Assembly: GCA_965279525.1 (NCBI GenBank)
Contig: CBDIIB010000002.1
Coordinates: 288,001-352,000, forward strand
Direction: 5' to 3'
DNA: 64,000 nucleotides
Source: Tagaea sp.
GTDB taxonomy: Bacteria > Pseudomonadota > Alphaproteobacteria > CACIAM-22H2
Part shown: one piece after another, positions 50,695 through 60,428 of the stretch
How positions within the stretch are numbered: position 1 is the stretch's first letter
How the letters are laid out: each line of letters begins with the position of its first letter
The notes under the pieces: model-generated
Database searches by the model: none
What the model was told of the DNA's origin: nothing
The model's input: only the letters and a program-made list of their open reading frames with translations
Program-made: the position numbers and the translations under genes

Positions 50695-52407
50695 TTAGCC
50701 CCGACCGGAACGGGCGATTTTAGATGGCTTCGCATTACGCGGAAAAGGCTGCGTGTCCCTTTTCTGAATCGCGCTGGTCGATCTATGCCACGCGAGTTTG
50801 TTGAATGCGTCGCCGAGAAAAAGGCCAGCGATGATTTGACGGCTATAGCCAGCCAACTTACGCGAACTTGGTAGTTTATCCAGCGGAACGTTACATACGC
50901 GCGAGATTGCAAGAAGACACGAGTCGACGACTTTTGACTTTGTGGTGCGATTAACCTGCTCAAGACTTTCAATTCCGCTGGCGGCTATTTCATCAAGTTC
51001 ATCAACGAATAAATAGGGGCCATCGCCCGTTGTCATTCTGCTCCAAACTGATTGAAGAGATTGCGGGGACGATTCACGAACTCGCCGCTCGAAGTCGCGA
51101 ATGCTGGCCGCAATCTTTTTCTGGGTCGGTTTGAGCGCCGCCCACTTGAGCAGTTCTGTTGTTGCCCGGCCTGTGAGAGGTACCTCGATAACCGCCTTCG
51201 ACGGGCCGAAGAAGTAGCGCATCCTCCATGTGACCCTATTTTTCTCGAAGCTATTTGAAAGTTCGAACCTCATGCCACTCTTAAAGTGCAGGCACGGCAT
51301 TGCCGCACGAAATGATCTGTTATGCGGATATGTCCGCCCCTCTCCATCAACTTTTGTTTCGGGTGCGAGCCTGTCTGGAATCAAAATTTTGTCCGTAACG
51401 GAACTGAATCCATTGAAGGCCTCTGGCGAATGCTTACCGACAGCAAGACCAACAAGAAGAGTAAATGTTGGAGGGATTGCATTGCCTACCATCTTTGCCT
51501 TTTCCGAGAAGGTACGACCAAAAAACTGATATGTAATGGGGAAGCCCTGAAGAGACGCACGCTCGCGAATGGTCAGGCGTCGGAACTTTCCGGGAGTATC
51601 GGGCGCTTCAATGACAATGCTTTCGCGGGAAACGCGCGTGCAGGTTGCCGTTACTGTCCTAGCAGCACGATCCAGGCGATCCGGAAACGCCATCTTGTTG
51701 TAAATTGGGTGCCGAACCTTTGAATCTTTATTCATTCTCAGCTCTTCAGCATTCAAAGCAGCTTCCGCTCTTAATTCTGTGACCTTTGAAGCTGGCACAA
51801 CTTTGCTCCAGACAGGATCAACTAGCTCAGCGCTAGTGACGTCGCCTTGAACAACATCTCCAAGAGTGCGCGTCTGAATCTTTGATCGATACTCACGGAT
51901 GAGATCGAATGGAATTGTTCCAGCTATGCAACGCTGCCTTGATTGCGGAAGTCCAAAGTCAGCGAAATCAAAAACGTCTACTGTCGGCTCTAAGCTACGA
52001 AATTTATAAAGAGGATGCTTTTTGTCTTTGAATCCTTCTTTGAGAAGCTTTGCGACACGAGGGACGTTCTCCATAACCCAATATTTTGGCTTTAGATAAT
52101 TGACCACCTCTAGAAACTTCACAATGTCGACAAAACCATCAGCGATATCGCCACTTCCGCCCCGATTTGAGTAGGAGAATTGGGTGCAGGGCGGGCTCCC
52201 GACCACAAGATCAATATTCTTGGGGAGCGCCGAGAGATGAAGCTCGCGGATATTTGTCTTCGTTGCCGATGCACGAAGGTTCGCGCTGTAAGTATCGAGC
52301 GCGGGTTGCCACCACTCGTAAGAAGCGACAACCTCAATTCCCGCCAGCCTTAGACCAAGGCTCCAACCGCCGACGCCAGCGTAAAGGTCAATCGCGCGCA
52401 CTAACAT
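50695..52407 (-). CDS. DNA (cytosine-5) methyltransferase with long C-terminal extension
   Basis: DLYAGVGG, GSPPCTQFS, ENV, QSRQR, RERASLQGFP, GNAIPP. Confidence 0.92.
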   Translation of the reverse strand: MLVRAIDLYAGVGGWSLGLRLAGIEVVASYEWWQPALDTYSANLRASATKTNIRELHLSALPKNIDLVVGSPPCTQFSYSNRGGSGDIADGFVDIVKFLEVVNYLKPKYWVMENVPRVAKLLKEGFKDKKHPLYKFRSLEPTVDVFDFADFGLPQSRQRCIAGTIPFDLIREYRSKIQTRTLGDVVQGDVTSAELVDPVWSKVVPASKVTELRAEAALNAEELRMNKDSKVRHPIYNKMAFPDRLDRAARTVTATCTRVSRESIVIEAPDTPGKFRRLTIRERASLQGFPITYQFFGRTFSEKAKMVGNAIPPTFTLLVGLAVGKHSPEAFNGFSSVTDKILIPDRLAPETKVDGEGRTYPHNRSFRAAMPCLHFKSGMRFELSNSFEKNRVTWRMRYFFGPSKAVIEVPLTGRATTELLKWAALKPTQKKIAASIRDFERRVRESSPQSLQSVWSRMTTGDGPYLFVDELDEIAASGIESLEQVNRTTKSKVVDSCLLAISRVCNVPLDKLPSSRKLAGYSRQIIAGLFLGDAFNKLAWHRSTSAIQKRDTQPFPRNAKPSKIARSGRG

Positions 52408-52610
52408 CCCCACTCGAAAATTGAATATCAACTAGGCGCGAACCTAGCAGTACCCATTGGAAAATCAAGATCCAAGTCGACGTTTTTAAGTTAGCGGCCA
52501 AATATTCAGCACCGCAGGCCTGTCAGCTCAATTGAGCCCCAATTGGAGCACAATGGGCGCGTTCTGGTATGCTCTCTGGGATTGTGGTCGAGTCGCGGAA
52601 AGGAGAGGCC

Positions 52611-53495
52611 GTGCTGGAAAGACTTAGAACTGAGCGGGGCTTCCAGATCAAATACAGCGGACATGCTTCATCTATTTTGGCAGGAGACTTTGCGGGCGTA
52701 TCACGCGAGCTTGCAGATATTCTTGAAACGGCGCTAGTGCCCGTAGAAGAGATCATTGCCGGTGGCGGCGGTGAAGCTAAGGGAACACAGCGACTTCGGC
52801 GGGCACTCTCAGGCGCGGGCTGGCCAAAGGCCATCTTTAAGGTTCAACGAACCATAGCCATGGGGGAGTCCGAAAGCGCGCTGGAAATGGTAGACCTTCA
52901 GGAGCCGCAATCGCATATCGTCGATCATGTGAAGACGGTTTCTGTCGATGGCAAAGACTTTCGCATTGCGCTTGAGATTGAGTGGAACACCAAAGACACG
53001 TTCTTCGACCGTGATCTCGAGAACTTTAAACGCCTTCATGCCGACGGGGCTATTTCTCTGGGAATTATCGTTACGCGTAGTGAAGCACTGCACTCGAGCA
53101 TGAAGGATATTGTGCAGCGTTTCCTTGCCGAGCGGCAGATTTCCTCCTTCGAGGACTTAGTAAAATGGAATTATGAGCCGACGCCAAAGCAACGTCGAGC
53201 TATCAACGCCAAGATTGCCTCTAGGCAGCGACCGATGACGTTTCGAGACGCATTCACTTCGAATTTTGTCTCCAATAAATTCGGGCAGGCGACAACCCAC
53301 TGGTCCAAGCTAGAAGAGCGTCTTCGCAGAGGGGTTGGAAATCCGTGTCCGTTTGTCTGCATTGGTCTGCCGCCAGACATTATTACGTTCAACGAGGGTG
53401 AGGCGGCGTTGGCTGAACTTCAGATGGATGAAGCGTTGGCTGAACTTGAGATGAATCATAAGGACGACGAGGGTTCAGAAGAAGTGGCGAGCTAG
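52611..53495 (+). CDS. BglII/BstYI-like restriction endonuclease (start 52611 GTG or 52569)
   Basis: VDHVK...ALEIEWNTKDTFFDRDLENFKRLH; AGGAGAGG RBS; divergent from the MTase. Confidence 0.72.
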   Translation: MLERLRTERGFQIKYSGHASSILAGDFAGVSRELADILETALVPVEEIIAGGGGEAKGTQRLRRALSGAGWPKAIFKVQRTIAMGESESALEMVDLQEPQSHIVDHVKTVSVDGKDFRIALEIEWNTKDTFFDRDLENFKRLHADGAISLGIIVTRSEALHSSMKDIVQRFLAERQISSFEDLVKWNYEPTPKQRRAINAKIASRQRPMTFRDAFTSNFVSNKFGQATTHWSKLEERLRRGVGNPCPFVCIGLPPDIITFNEGEAALAELQMDEALAELEMNHKDDEGSEEVAS

Positions 53496-54174
53496 CTTGG
53501 TCGATGGTTGAATCTGTCGGTGATTAGCGTAAATAAGGTGGTGAGGTGAGAGGTACCAAATGTTTTAAGCGCATATGCAAAACGGCATACGTAGCGTCCT
53601 CGTTTTCGACTATCCCCCCTCCGGTACCCGCTTGGTCCACCCTAGTCAGGCAATGCGTTCGCTTGGTGGGCAGTATGGCGCATTGACCATGGCGTGCCGC
53701 GTGCCCCTCGGTCTTGGCCACCCTCCCAGTGCGAGCAAAAGAGCGTCCTTCCTCGTGCTGCCTTAGCGCCGTCTCCGTGTCGGCTGCGGCAGGAGGAGTG
53801 GCCGAGGGAGAATCGTCAGGCCCGATCACCGTGGCGCGAGATCACCGAGCCGTCGGTCAGCGTGCGCGAAGCACCAGAGGCGAGGCTTGGGCTTCCTCAC
53901 AGTCCGCCGCGTGGGTGACATCCAACTCGGTCCTGGCGTCGAGAAAGACGAGGAGGTCCGCTTAAATTTCGGGTGCGTCGATACGCATTGATCGCACCTC
54001 TCAACTTGAGTACCCATCGGCGCGTGGGCACCGCAACGCTAGCTGAGCGGGGTCAACTACAGCACGCATATTCGGCACAGCACACGCGGCTGCGCTGGCG
54101 GTGTTCACAAACCCCGATCATCGACCCCGGCAAAAAAGTGAGTCCGATCAATGGGGCGATAGCGTCAATGTGTG

Positions 54175-54202
54175 TGTTCGTAAAACAGTTGATTTATGAA
54201 CA
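54175..54202. promoter_or_regulatory. Candidate res/resolvase binding site
   Basis: TGTTCGTAAA-N8-TTTATGAACA inverted repeat (28 bp) just upstream of the resolvase. Confidence 0.6.
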
Positions 54203-54255
54203 GTTCTTCGTCTAGAGTTTGGCCGATCCTGCAACCAAGCATGCGAGGAACGGCC

Positions 54256-54882
54256 ATGACTGCGACGATCAAGAGCACCGCCAAGGGCAAGCGCGCGGCG
54301 ATCTACTTGCGCGTCTCTACCGAGGATCAGACGACGGAGAACCAGCGGCGCGACCTAGAGGGCCTCGCTGCGTTGCGCGGCTGGGGCATCGTCGGCACCT
54401 ACGAGGATGCGGGTATATCCGGAGCGAAGGGCCGTGAGCAGCGGCCGGGCCTCAACGCTCTCCTTGGTGACGCACGCAAGCGCCGCTTCGATATAGCCGT
54501 GTTCTGGTCGGTGGACCGGTTGGGCCGCTCCACAATGGAAGTCACGCGGAACATGAGCGAGCTGGATGCGTGCGGCGTGGCTCAGTTCTATTTCAAGGAG
54601 AGCATGGACACGTCTACCGCGCACGGCCGTGCAATGCTGGAGATGGCCGCCGTGTTCGCCACGTTGGAGCGGGCCATGATCCGGGAGCGCGTCCTCTCGG
54701 GTATCGCCCGTGTGCGCGCCACCGGGCGCACCAAGAGCGGTCGTCCCATTGGGAGGCCCAAGGTTGACCCCAAGGTCGCCGCGAAGATCGCGTCAATGCG
54801 TGAGGCCGGCACGTCGGTGCGCGCTGTCGCCAAGGCGGTCGGGCTTTCAGTGGGAGCAGTGGCGAAATACTCGGCCGCCTAG
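54256..54882 (+). CDS. Small serine recombinase (resolvase/invertase)
   Basis: YLRVSTEDQ, SG...RPGL, DRLGRS, ER..IRER, GRP plus HTH. Confidence 0.93.
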   Translation: MTATIKSTAKGKRAAIYLRVSTEDQTTENQRRDLEGLAALRGWGIVGTYEDAGISGAKGREQRPGLNALLGDARKRRFDIAVFWSVDRLGRSTMEVTRNMSELDACGVAQFYFKESMDTSTAHGRAMLEMAAVFATLERAMIRERVLSGIARVRATGRTKSGRPIGRPKVDPKVAAKIASMREAGTSVRAVAKAVGLSVGAVAKYSAA

Positions 54883-55249
54883 CCGTCGCCCCAGTTTCCC
54901 CTCACAATAGCCATGAGCAATTAGGCCGCACTTTAGCCAAGGCGCCCATTTAGCCCGCACTATAGCCCCCACCCCCGTTGCAGCCCTATTAGGGGGAACC
55001 TTAGGGAGCACCTAAGGACGCCTTCTGCTGCCCTTGCAGTCGGCCCGATGTAGCCACCCTACTTGGTCGTCGTCGTGGGCGATCAAGTGCCGTGGCTCCC
55101 GGGTGCCGGCCGCAGCCCGCCACATCCTCGCCCGCCCGTCCTCCGCCGTGTCGCCCCCGGTGCGCCCCGAGGGAGCGCCGCGCGCGTCGAGGATGGGTGG
55201 GCATTTCTTTTTGCACACCCAACACACCTCACAATCGAAAGGCCAACAC

Positions 55250-55579
55250 ATGCCCCACGTCACCAGCGCAACCGCGCGCGGGTTCTCGCTCGACCCGCGC
55301 GCCCTCGACCAACTCGAATGGCTCACCGTCACCGGAGCACGCGCCATCGGTGCGGCGGTCCCGAAGTCCGTCTTCGTTCGCTTCGCCCTCGACCAGCTCA
55401 CGCGCCACCTCTCGCAGCTCGCCAGCACCGGCAACGCTGCGGCACTCCGGCAGGCCTTCGAGCCGCTGCCGAGCTTCGCGCGCTGTGCGCCGGCAGGGGC
55501 CGCGCAGGCGAGCATCGGGGAGTGCGGAGCGCCGTGGGCGGATGCGTCCGACGCGGCGCGGGATGGGGGGCGCGCGTGA
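55250..55579 (+). CDS. Hypothetical protein, possibly ribbon-helix-helix
   Basis: GAAAGG RBS; FSLD...KSVFVRFALD pattern. Confidence 0.55.
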   Translation: MPHVTSATARGFSLDPRALDQLEWLTVTGARAIGAAVPKSVFVRFALDQLTRHLSQLASTGNAAALRQAFEPLPSFARCAPAGAAQASIGECGAPWADASDAARDGGRA

Positions 55580-56121
55580 GCGAGGCAACCCCGTCGCCCC
55601 TCGCCGCGCTCCTCGACCGACGCCAGCGCACGCCACAGCAAGGCCCGGTCGATCCGGCCCAGTTCCCCGACGGCATCGTCTGGGTTGAGCCGTTCATCGG
55701 CGAGGACGGCGTGCCCGACTACGAGACGCATCACATCGATGCAGAGACGTGGAACCGGGACTATGCGTTCTACCCGGAGGACGCAGCCAGGTTACGGGCG
55801 TTGGCCGAGGCAATGAAGGCGCGGCCGTTCACGTTCGTCCCCGAAGAGCTACTGCGGCGAGCCTACGAGGACCGCAACCGCGCCAGCGCGATCTTCGCGG
55901 AGCTGTCACGGCGGCGCACGATCGATCTCAACGAATGCCTCGACGCCTTGAAGGACGGGCCAGCCCCGATGTGGGCACGAAAGCGGCTGCGGTGGGGCCT
56001 TCGTCTCCTCGCGACCGAGCTGGCAATCCAGCGGGAGGGCAACCTCGCCCTGCGCCACCGCGTGGCGGAGCTTGAGAGCGAACTCAAGGCGGCTCGCAGT
56101 CGCCCTGCGGAGTCAACCTAG
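55576..56121 (+). CDS. Hypothetical protein with C-terminal coiled coil
   Basis: GTGA overlap with the upstream ORF; LRHRVAELESELKAAR. Confidence 0.6.
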   Translation: MSEATPSPLAALLDRRQRTPQQGPVDPAQFPDGIVWVEPFIGEDGVPDYETHHIDAETWNRDYAFYPEDAARLRALAEAMKARPFTFVPEELLRRAYEDRNRASAIFAELSRRRTIDLNECLDALKDGPAPMWARKRLRWGLRLLATELAIQREGNLALRHRVAELESELKAARSRPAEST

Positions 56122-56288
56122 GGCCACCAGCACGCCGGCCGTAGTCGGGCTGCGCTTTTGGGGCCGCCTCTCCAGCGGCCTCCGCAGCTCGATTGCCGCG
56201 ATCCGCGTCACGGAAATCCCCTTCTTGAATTTTGGCGCGTCTGTCTGGGGTACCCCCCGGGCACCGCTTCACCGAAAGGAACTCACCC

Positions 56289-56948
56289 ATGCATTGCTCA
56301 GTCCCGGGGTGCCGGGCGGCGCGTAGCCGCTTCGGTCCCCTTTGTAAGAACCATGTTGCCCGCAAGCGCCGGCAGGGCCACCCCGAGCAGACGCCCGTGT
56401 CGAGCCTCGAGCTGCGCCCCTATCGCGAGGCGGCCCGTGACGTCATCGCCCGATGGCGGAACCACGATGCCATCAAGATCACGGCGGAGCGGTGGGAGCG
56501 GCTCGGCGAGCAGTCCCGCGCCATCATCGCGGCGGCGGAGAGCAGGGGCGTTGCCAATATGGTGGACCTCAAGGCAGCCAAGGCGGTCCTGCAGATCGCC
56601 GAGGCGGCCCCCTTCGATGTGGTCCTCGAGGTCGTCGCCGCGCTCGTGCTGATGCAGGGCACCGAGGGGCACCGCTTCAGGAGCAACGGCGCGTTCGTCA
56701 TCCAGCTCGCCCGATGCCTGCGAAAGCTGGGGCGTGTCGGCGTGGCGACCTACTGGGACCAGAGAGGCAAGCGGGTGCGAGGTGTCTACCTCGACTTCCC
56801 CGTTCGCACATCAGTGCTCCTCGCGAACCGCGCGCTTGCTGCCATCGGTCCCACTGCGGGACGCATCGTCGCCACCGTGAAAGCAGCGGAGGCGCGCGAG
56901 CACCGACTTGAGGGACAATACCGGGCGGCCCTCGGGGACTTGCGGTAG
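56289..56948 (+). CDS. Hypothetical protein with N-terminal CCCH zinc-finger-like motif
   Basis: MHCSVPGC-x10-CKNH; AAAGGA RBS. Confidence 0.65.
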   Translation: MHCSVPGCRAARSRFGPLCKNHVARKRRQGHPEQTPVSSLELRPYREAARDVIARWRNHDAIKITAERWERLGEQSRAIIAAAESRGVANMVDLKAAKAVLQIAEAAPFDVVLEVVAALVLMQGTEGHRFRSNGAFVIQLARCLRKLGRVGVATYWDQRGKRVRGVYLDFPVRTSVLLANRALAAIGPTAGRIVATVKAAEAREHRLEGQYRAALGDLR

Positions 56949-56998
56949 AGCGGCGGCCACTTTCATCACTCAAACCACGACAGCGAATCACGACACAC

Positions 56999-57775
56999 AT
57001 GGAACATCAGACAGAATCACGTGCAACCGAGGTGGGACTTAAGATCCACCTCGTGCCTCCCGACGCGATCACCGCCGATCCGAGCTTTCAGGTGCGGGCT
57101 AGGATCGATGGCGGCAAGGTCCACGAGTACGCTACCGCCATGCGCGTCGGTGCGGCGTTTCCCCCGCTACGCCTCGCCCGCATCAATGGCGCTCTGTTCC
57201 TCATCGACGGGTGGCACCGCCTCGAGGCGCACAAGCGGCGGCTCTCGATGGTCAAGGAGTGGAGCGACCGGCGAAAGCTAGAGGCTATCGCGGTGACCAT
57301 TGAGGACATGAGCGAGGCCGATGCCCGCTTTGCCGCCGCCACCGCGAACCTCAGGCACGGGCTGCCAATGAAGCCGAGGGAGCGCAAGCGAGTGTTCAAG
57401 CTTTATATGGAGCAAGGGCGCTGGCGTGCCCGAGCGGGCCAGGTCAAGCCCACCCGGAAGATTGCAGAAGACCTTGGAGGCCTCGCGGCACACACCACTA
57501 TCTGGATGTGGATCAAGCGCGAGCACCCCCGCGTGGCCGCACTGATGGAAAACCCGGAGGGGTCAAGGCGCGCAGGTGTTGAACCACCGACACCGCACGC
57601 TATTCCCTCGTTGTTCCCTAAGGACGCGCGCGGTCACCTCGAGGCAGCACGCAAGGCGGTGCGCGGTGTGAGCGATCCCGAGGAGCGGCGGGCAATCCTC
57701 GAGGAGGTGCGGCAGCTCGCGGCGGAGCTACGGGGGGAATGGACGGGGCCTGAGGCGGAGCCTGAGGCGTTCTGA
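56999..57775 (+). CDS. ParB/Srx N-terminal domain protein with HTH
   Basis: FQVR, FPP, LIDGWHRLEA, ANLRHGLP, TRKIAEDLG. Confidence 0.8.
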   Translation: MEHQTESRATEVGLKIHLVPPDAITADPSFQVRARIDGGKVHEYATAMRVGAAFPPLRLARINGALFLIDGWHRLEAHKRRLSMVKEWSDRRKLEAIAVTIEDMSEADARFAAATANLRHGLPMKPRERKRVFKLYMEQGRWRARAGQVKPTRKIAEDLGGLAAHTTIWMWIKREHPRVAALMENPEGSRRAGVEPPTPHAIPSLFPKDARGHLEAARKAVRGVSDPEERRAILEEVRQLAAELRGEWTGPEAEPEAF

Positions 57776-57812
57776 TCGATAACCCTTTGACACGCCGTAC
57801 TGTCTTCCCCCC

Positions 57813-57831
57813 GCTGTTCAAATTGAACAGC
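57813..57831. promoter_or_regulatory. Perfect palindrome, candidate parS-like site or operator
   Basis: GCTGTTCAA-A-TTGAACAGC, 38 bp after the ParB-like gene. Confidence 0.45.
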
Positions 57832-58378
57832 AGAGTAGACAAAGTGAGCCACAGAAGCCTGACCCCACATGTGTTTTCCGCGTTCGGCGGGCGGATGCTG
57901 CCGAAGCACTATATGCAGATTTGCTACATCGTGGCGCTTGGGGCGAATCGGGGTTGGGCGTTAGTTTTGCTGGCCCCAAAAGAGGGGGTAGAAGGGAAGG
58001 CTTCACTTGAGGCGTTTCTTTAAACCCCAGTCTCACGGCGCGCACGGTGGTGCGTTCGTGAGGCGTCCCAGTTGGGGGCATGGTGCGTAGAGCAGAGCTG
58101 AGCCTTGGGTGCACCACCGCCCAAGCCCGCAAAAGCGCAAGCCGTCGAGAGCCTCGCAAGAGACAACTCGGGACCGGCTTACTTAGGGAAGCGCCCTCGC
58201 GGGGCTGTTCGACGATGTTCGGTCGGGACGCTTGTTGGCCCACCGCAGTCAGTGTTCGGCGTCCTTCAAGTGGACCGCCGGGCACCAAGTCGGCGGCAAG
58301 CCAGCCCAGTGAGAACCGTCATTCGCTCAGCTCGGGGGTCGTCGCAAGGCGGCCCCCGAGTGCTGTTGGAGGTGTCGA

Positions 58379-59023
58379 ATGAAGCACGCAGCCACTATCG
58401 GTCTGAGCCTCTACACCCTCATAGCCGCCCCGCTCGCTGCTTGGTATGCGGGCGGACTGACAGCGACGTTCGTTGTCGTCGGGGCACTTGCGTGCGGCGT
58501 ATTCATTCGCTTGCCGGACCTCGCCGAGCTTGGCATCGGGCCGCTCAAAGCCAAGCTAGAGCGCGAGGTACGTGAAGCCGCCGCAACAGTAGAACAACTC
58601 AAGAGCATCGGGGCCGTACTTGGGAAAACGGTTCTTGGTGTTCTCGCGGGCGAGGGCCGCATGGGCGGCATGAGCTTTCCGGAGAAGCTTGCGCTCAAGG
58701 AACAGGTTGTTGCCGAGCTGACCGCGCTCGGGCTGACACCAGAGCAAATACGGCAGGCGTGCAGCGCTTGGGTGACCTACATCAAGTTCGATCACGCCCA
58801 TAGAATTTATCGAGCGGTTCCCCCGGTCGGGCGCGCCATGGCCCCCGGCCTTCGGGAGTTGCTCCAAGGAACGCAAGTTATTGCCACGCCAGAAGAGTGG
58901 CGCACGGCGACAAAGCATCACGGCTTGCTATTGCCGGAAGTGGAGGAGGCAATTGTTGATTACGAGTACTACGTCGCAAAGGAGGAGCTACGTCGCCCTG
59001 AACTCTGGAAGAAGCGTGGTTAG
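58379..59023 (+). CDS. Hypothetical membrane protein (two N-terminal TM helices)
   Basis: GGAGG RBS; hydrophobic N-terminus, then a helical domain. Confidence 0.7.
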   Translation: MKHAATIGLSLYTLIAAPLAAWYAGGLTATFVVVGALACGVFIRLPDLAELGIGPLKAKLEREVREAAATVEQLKSIGAVLGKTVLGVLAGEGRMGGMSFPEKLALKEQVVAELTALGLTPEQIRQACSAWVTYIKFDHAHRIYRAVPPVGRAMAPGLRELLQGTQVIATPEEWRTATKHHGLLLPEVEEAIVDYEYYVAKEELRRPELWKKRG

Positions 59024-59085
59024 CAGCCCCCCGAACGGGGCGGGGCCGTGTTCGTCCGCTCAACTCCAGCATTGTTGGTGGACAG

Positions 59086-60399
59086 CTAGTTGCGCGCTGC
59101 CCGAGGTGGGCGCGGATATTTGAGCTTGGCGATTGCCAGGACGCGCTGCTCGAGGGACGACCCTTCGGCATAGAGGCCATACGTCATCGTTGGCTTGTCG
59201 TGACCGAGGATATCAGCGGCGATGTTCTCGGGAACGCCCGCTTGCTCTAGCAGCGTCGAGACGGTCTTGCGGATCGAGTGAAACACCTTCGTCTCAGGGA
59301 AGCCCATCTCCGCCTTGAGGCGGCCGAAGCGCTTGCCAATGCCGGGGCTTCGGTCGCCGTACTTGTTGGAGCCGCTTAGGCCAGACAAGAGGAACTCGTC
59401 GTTGCTACTCGCGCGAAGCCGCTTGACCACCGGCGCGAGCGCCTTGTGGATCGGAACCTTGCGCCACCCGGCCTTGCTCTTTGCGTCTTCGATCTCGAAC
59501 GCGGTCTTGCCCACCTTCGCCAGCGGCAGCGCACAGAGTTCCTCAAGGCGCGCACCTGAGTACATCGCGAGTTGAATCAACGCCGCCAGTTGTTCGTCGC
59601 CCCGCTGCTTTGCTTCGGTGAGGAGTGCGATGACTTCCGCAGGCTCAAAGCCTCGCCGTGTTGTTTGGCCCTGTTGCTTGCCGGAGAGAGTGGGAACCGT
59701 GAGGCCATCGAACGGCGGCGGATATCTAGGCACGATTTCTAGGGAGGCGAGATAGTTCCAGTAGGTCCGCAATTCAGAGAGCTGCCGCCGGATCGTCGCG
59801 GGGGCCGTGCCTTCCGTCGCTGCGTCGTTGACGTACTGCTGCAGCCCTTTGTGCGCGATGTCCTGTGCAAGAGGAAACCGGGTTTGGAACTTGAGAATGC
59901 TTGAGCGTTTCTGGTCCTTCGACTTGCGCTCACTCGTGAGTGTCGCAATGAACTCGTCTAAGTGATGATCGAGGGGCACAAGTGAGCCGAGTGCAAGCCC
60001 GGCGAATCGCGTTGCACCGCTTCGATCACGCGCTTCGTCGTATGCGGGGTCATTGACTTCAACAATACCAGAGCGCCGCGCCTCGTCGTCGGCACGCTCG
60101 GAGGCGATGTTGACGATCATGTCGCGGATAATCTCACGCTCGTCTTCGGTGCTCGCCTTGCTCAGCACCCGCTGCCAATAGGCGGCATCTTGCGCGATTG
60201 GATCATCTGGCGTGCCACGTCGCGCGCGCACGATTGCCGCTCGCCACCGCACCTCCAACGGGGCAGCACGGCGGCGCGCTACTTCCTTGTCGGGAGTGTC
60301 GAGGCTTGCTGCGAACCGTGGTGCGCCGATGATTTTTCGCAGCGAGCGGGGGATGTCATGCAACGCCCACCACGTGCTGTGCCGCTTCTTGAGATACAT
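59086..60399 (-). CDS. int: Tyrosine recombinase/integrase (DUF6538-like N-terminus)
   Basis: SGARLEE (R), AKSKAG (K), FHSIRK, LGH, YGLY catalytic set; adjacent to att. Confidence 0.93.
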   Translation of the reverse strand: MYLKKRHSTWWALHDIPRSLRKIIGAPRFAASLDTPDKEVARRRAAPLEVRWRAAIVRARRGTPDDPIAQDAAYWQRVLSKASTEDEREIIRDMIVNIASERADDEARRSGIVEVNDPAYDEARDRSGATRFAGLALGSLVPLDHHLDEFIATLTSERKSKDQKRSSILKFQTRFPLAQDIAHKGLQQYVNDAATEGTAPATIRRQLSELRTYWNYLASLEIVPRYPPPFDGLTVPTLSGKQQGQTTRRGFEPAEVIALLTEAKQRGDEQLAALIQLAMYSGARLEELCALPLAKVGKTAFEIEDAKSKAGWRKVPIHKALAPVVKRLRASSNDEFLLSGLSGSNKYGDRSPGIGKRFGRLKAEMGFPETKVFHSIRKTVSTLLEQAGVPENIAADILGHDKPTMTYGLYAEGSSLEQRVLAIAKLKYPRPPRAARN

Positions 60400-60405
60400 G
60401 CCCCA

Positions 60406-60428
60406 TCCACACAGGTTGTCCACACAGG
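60406..60428 (+). repeat. Candidate integrase arm-type sites, right
   Basis: TCCACACAGG x2, 13-bp period, same core as 50602-50625. Confidence 0.65.

Noticed and set aside
53405-53453. 27-bp tandem duplication (ALAELQMDE/ALAELEM) in the nuclease tail
   Set aside because: Likely neutral slippage in an acidic tail.
53524-54100. Short ORFs between the nuclease and the resolvase
   Set aside because: No motifs or RBS; possibly a decayed gene, but unsupported.
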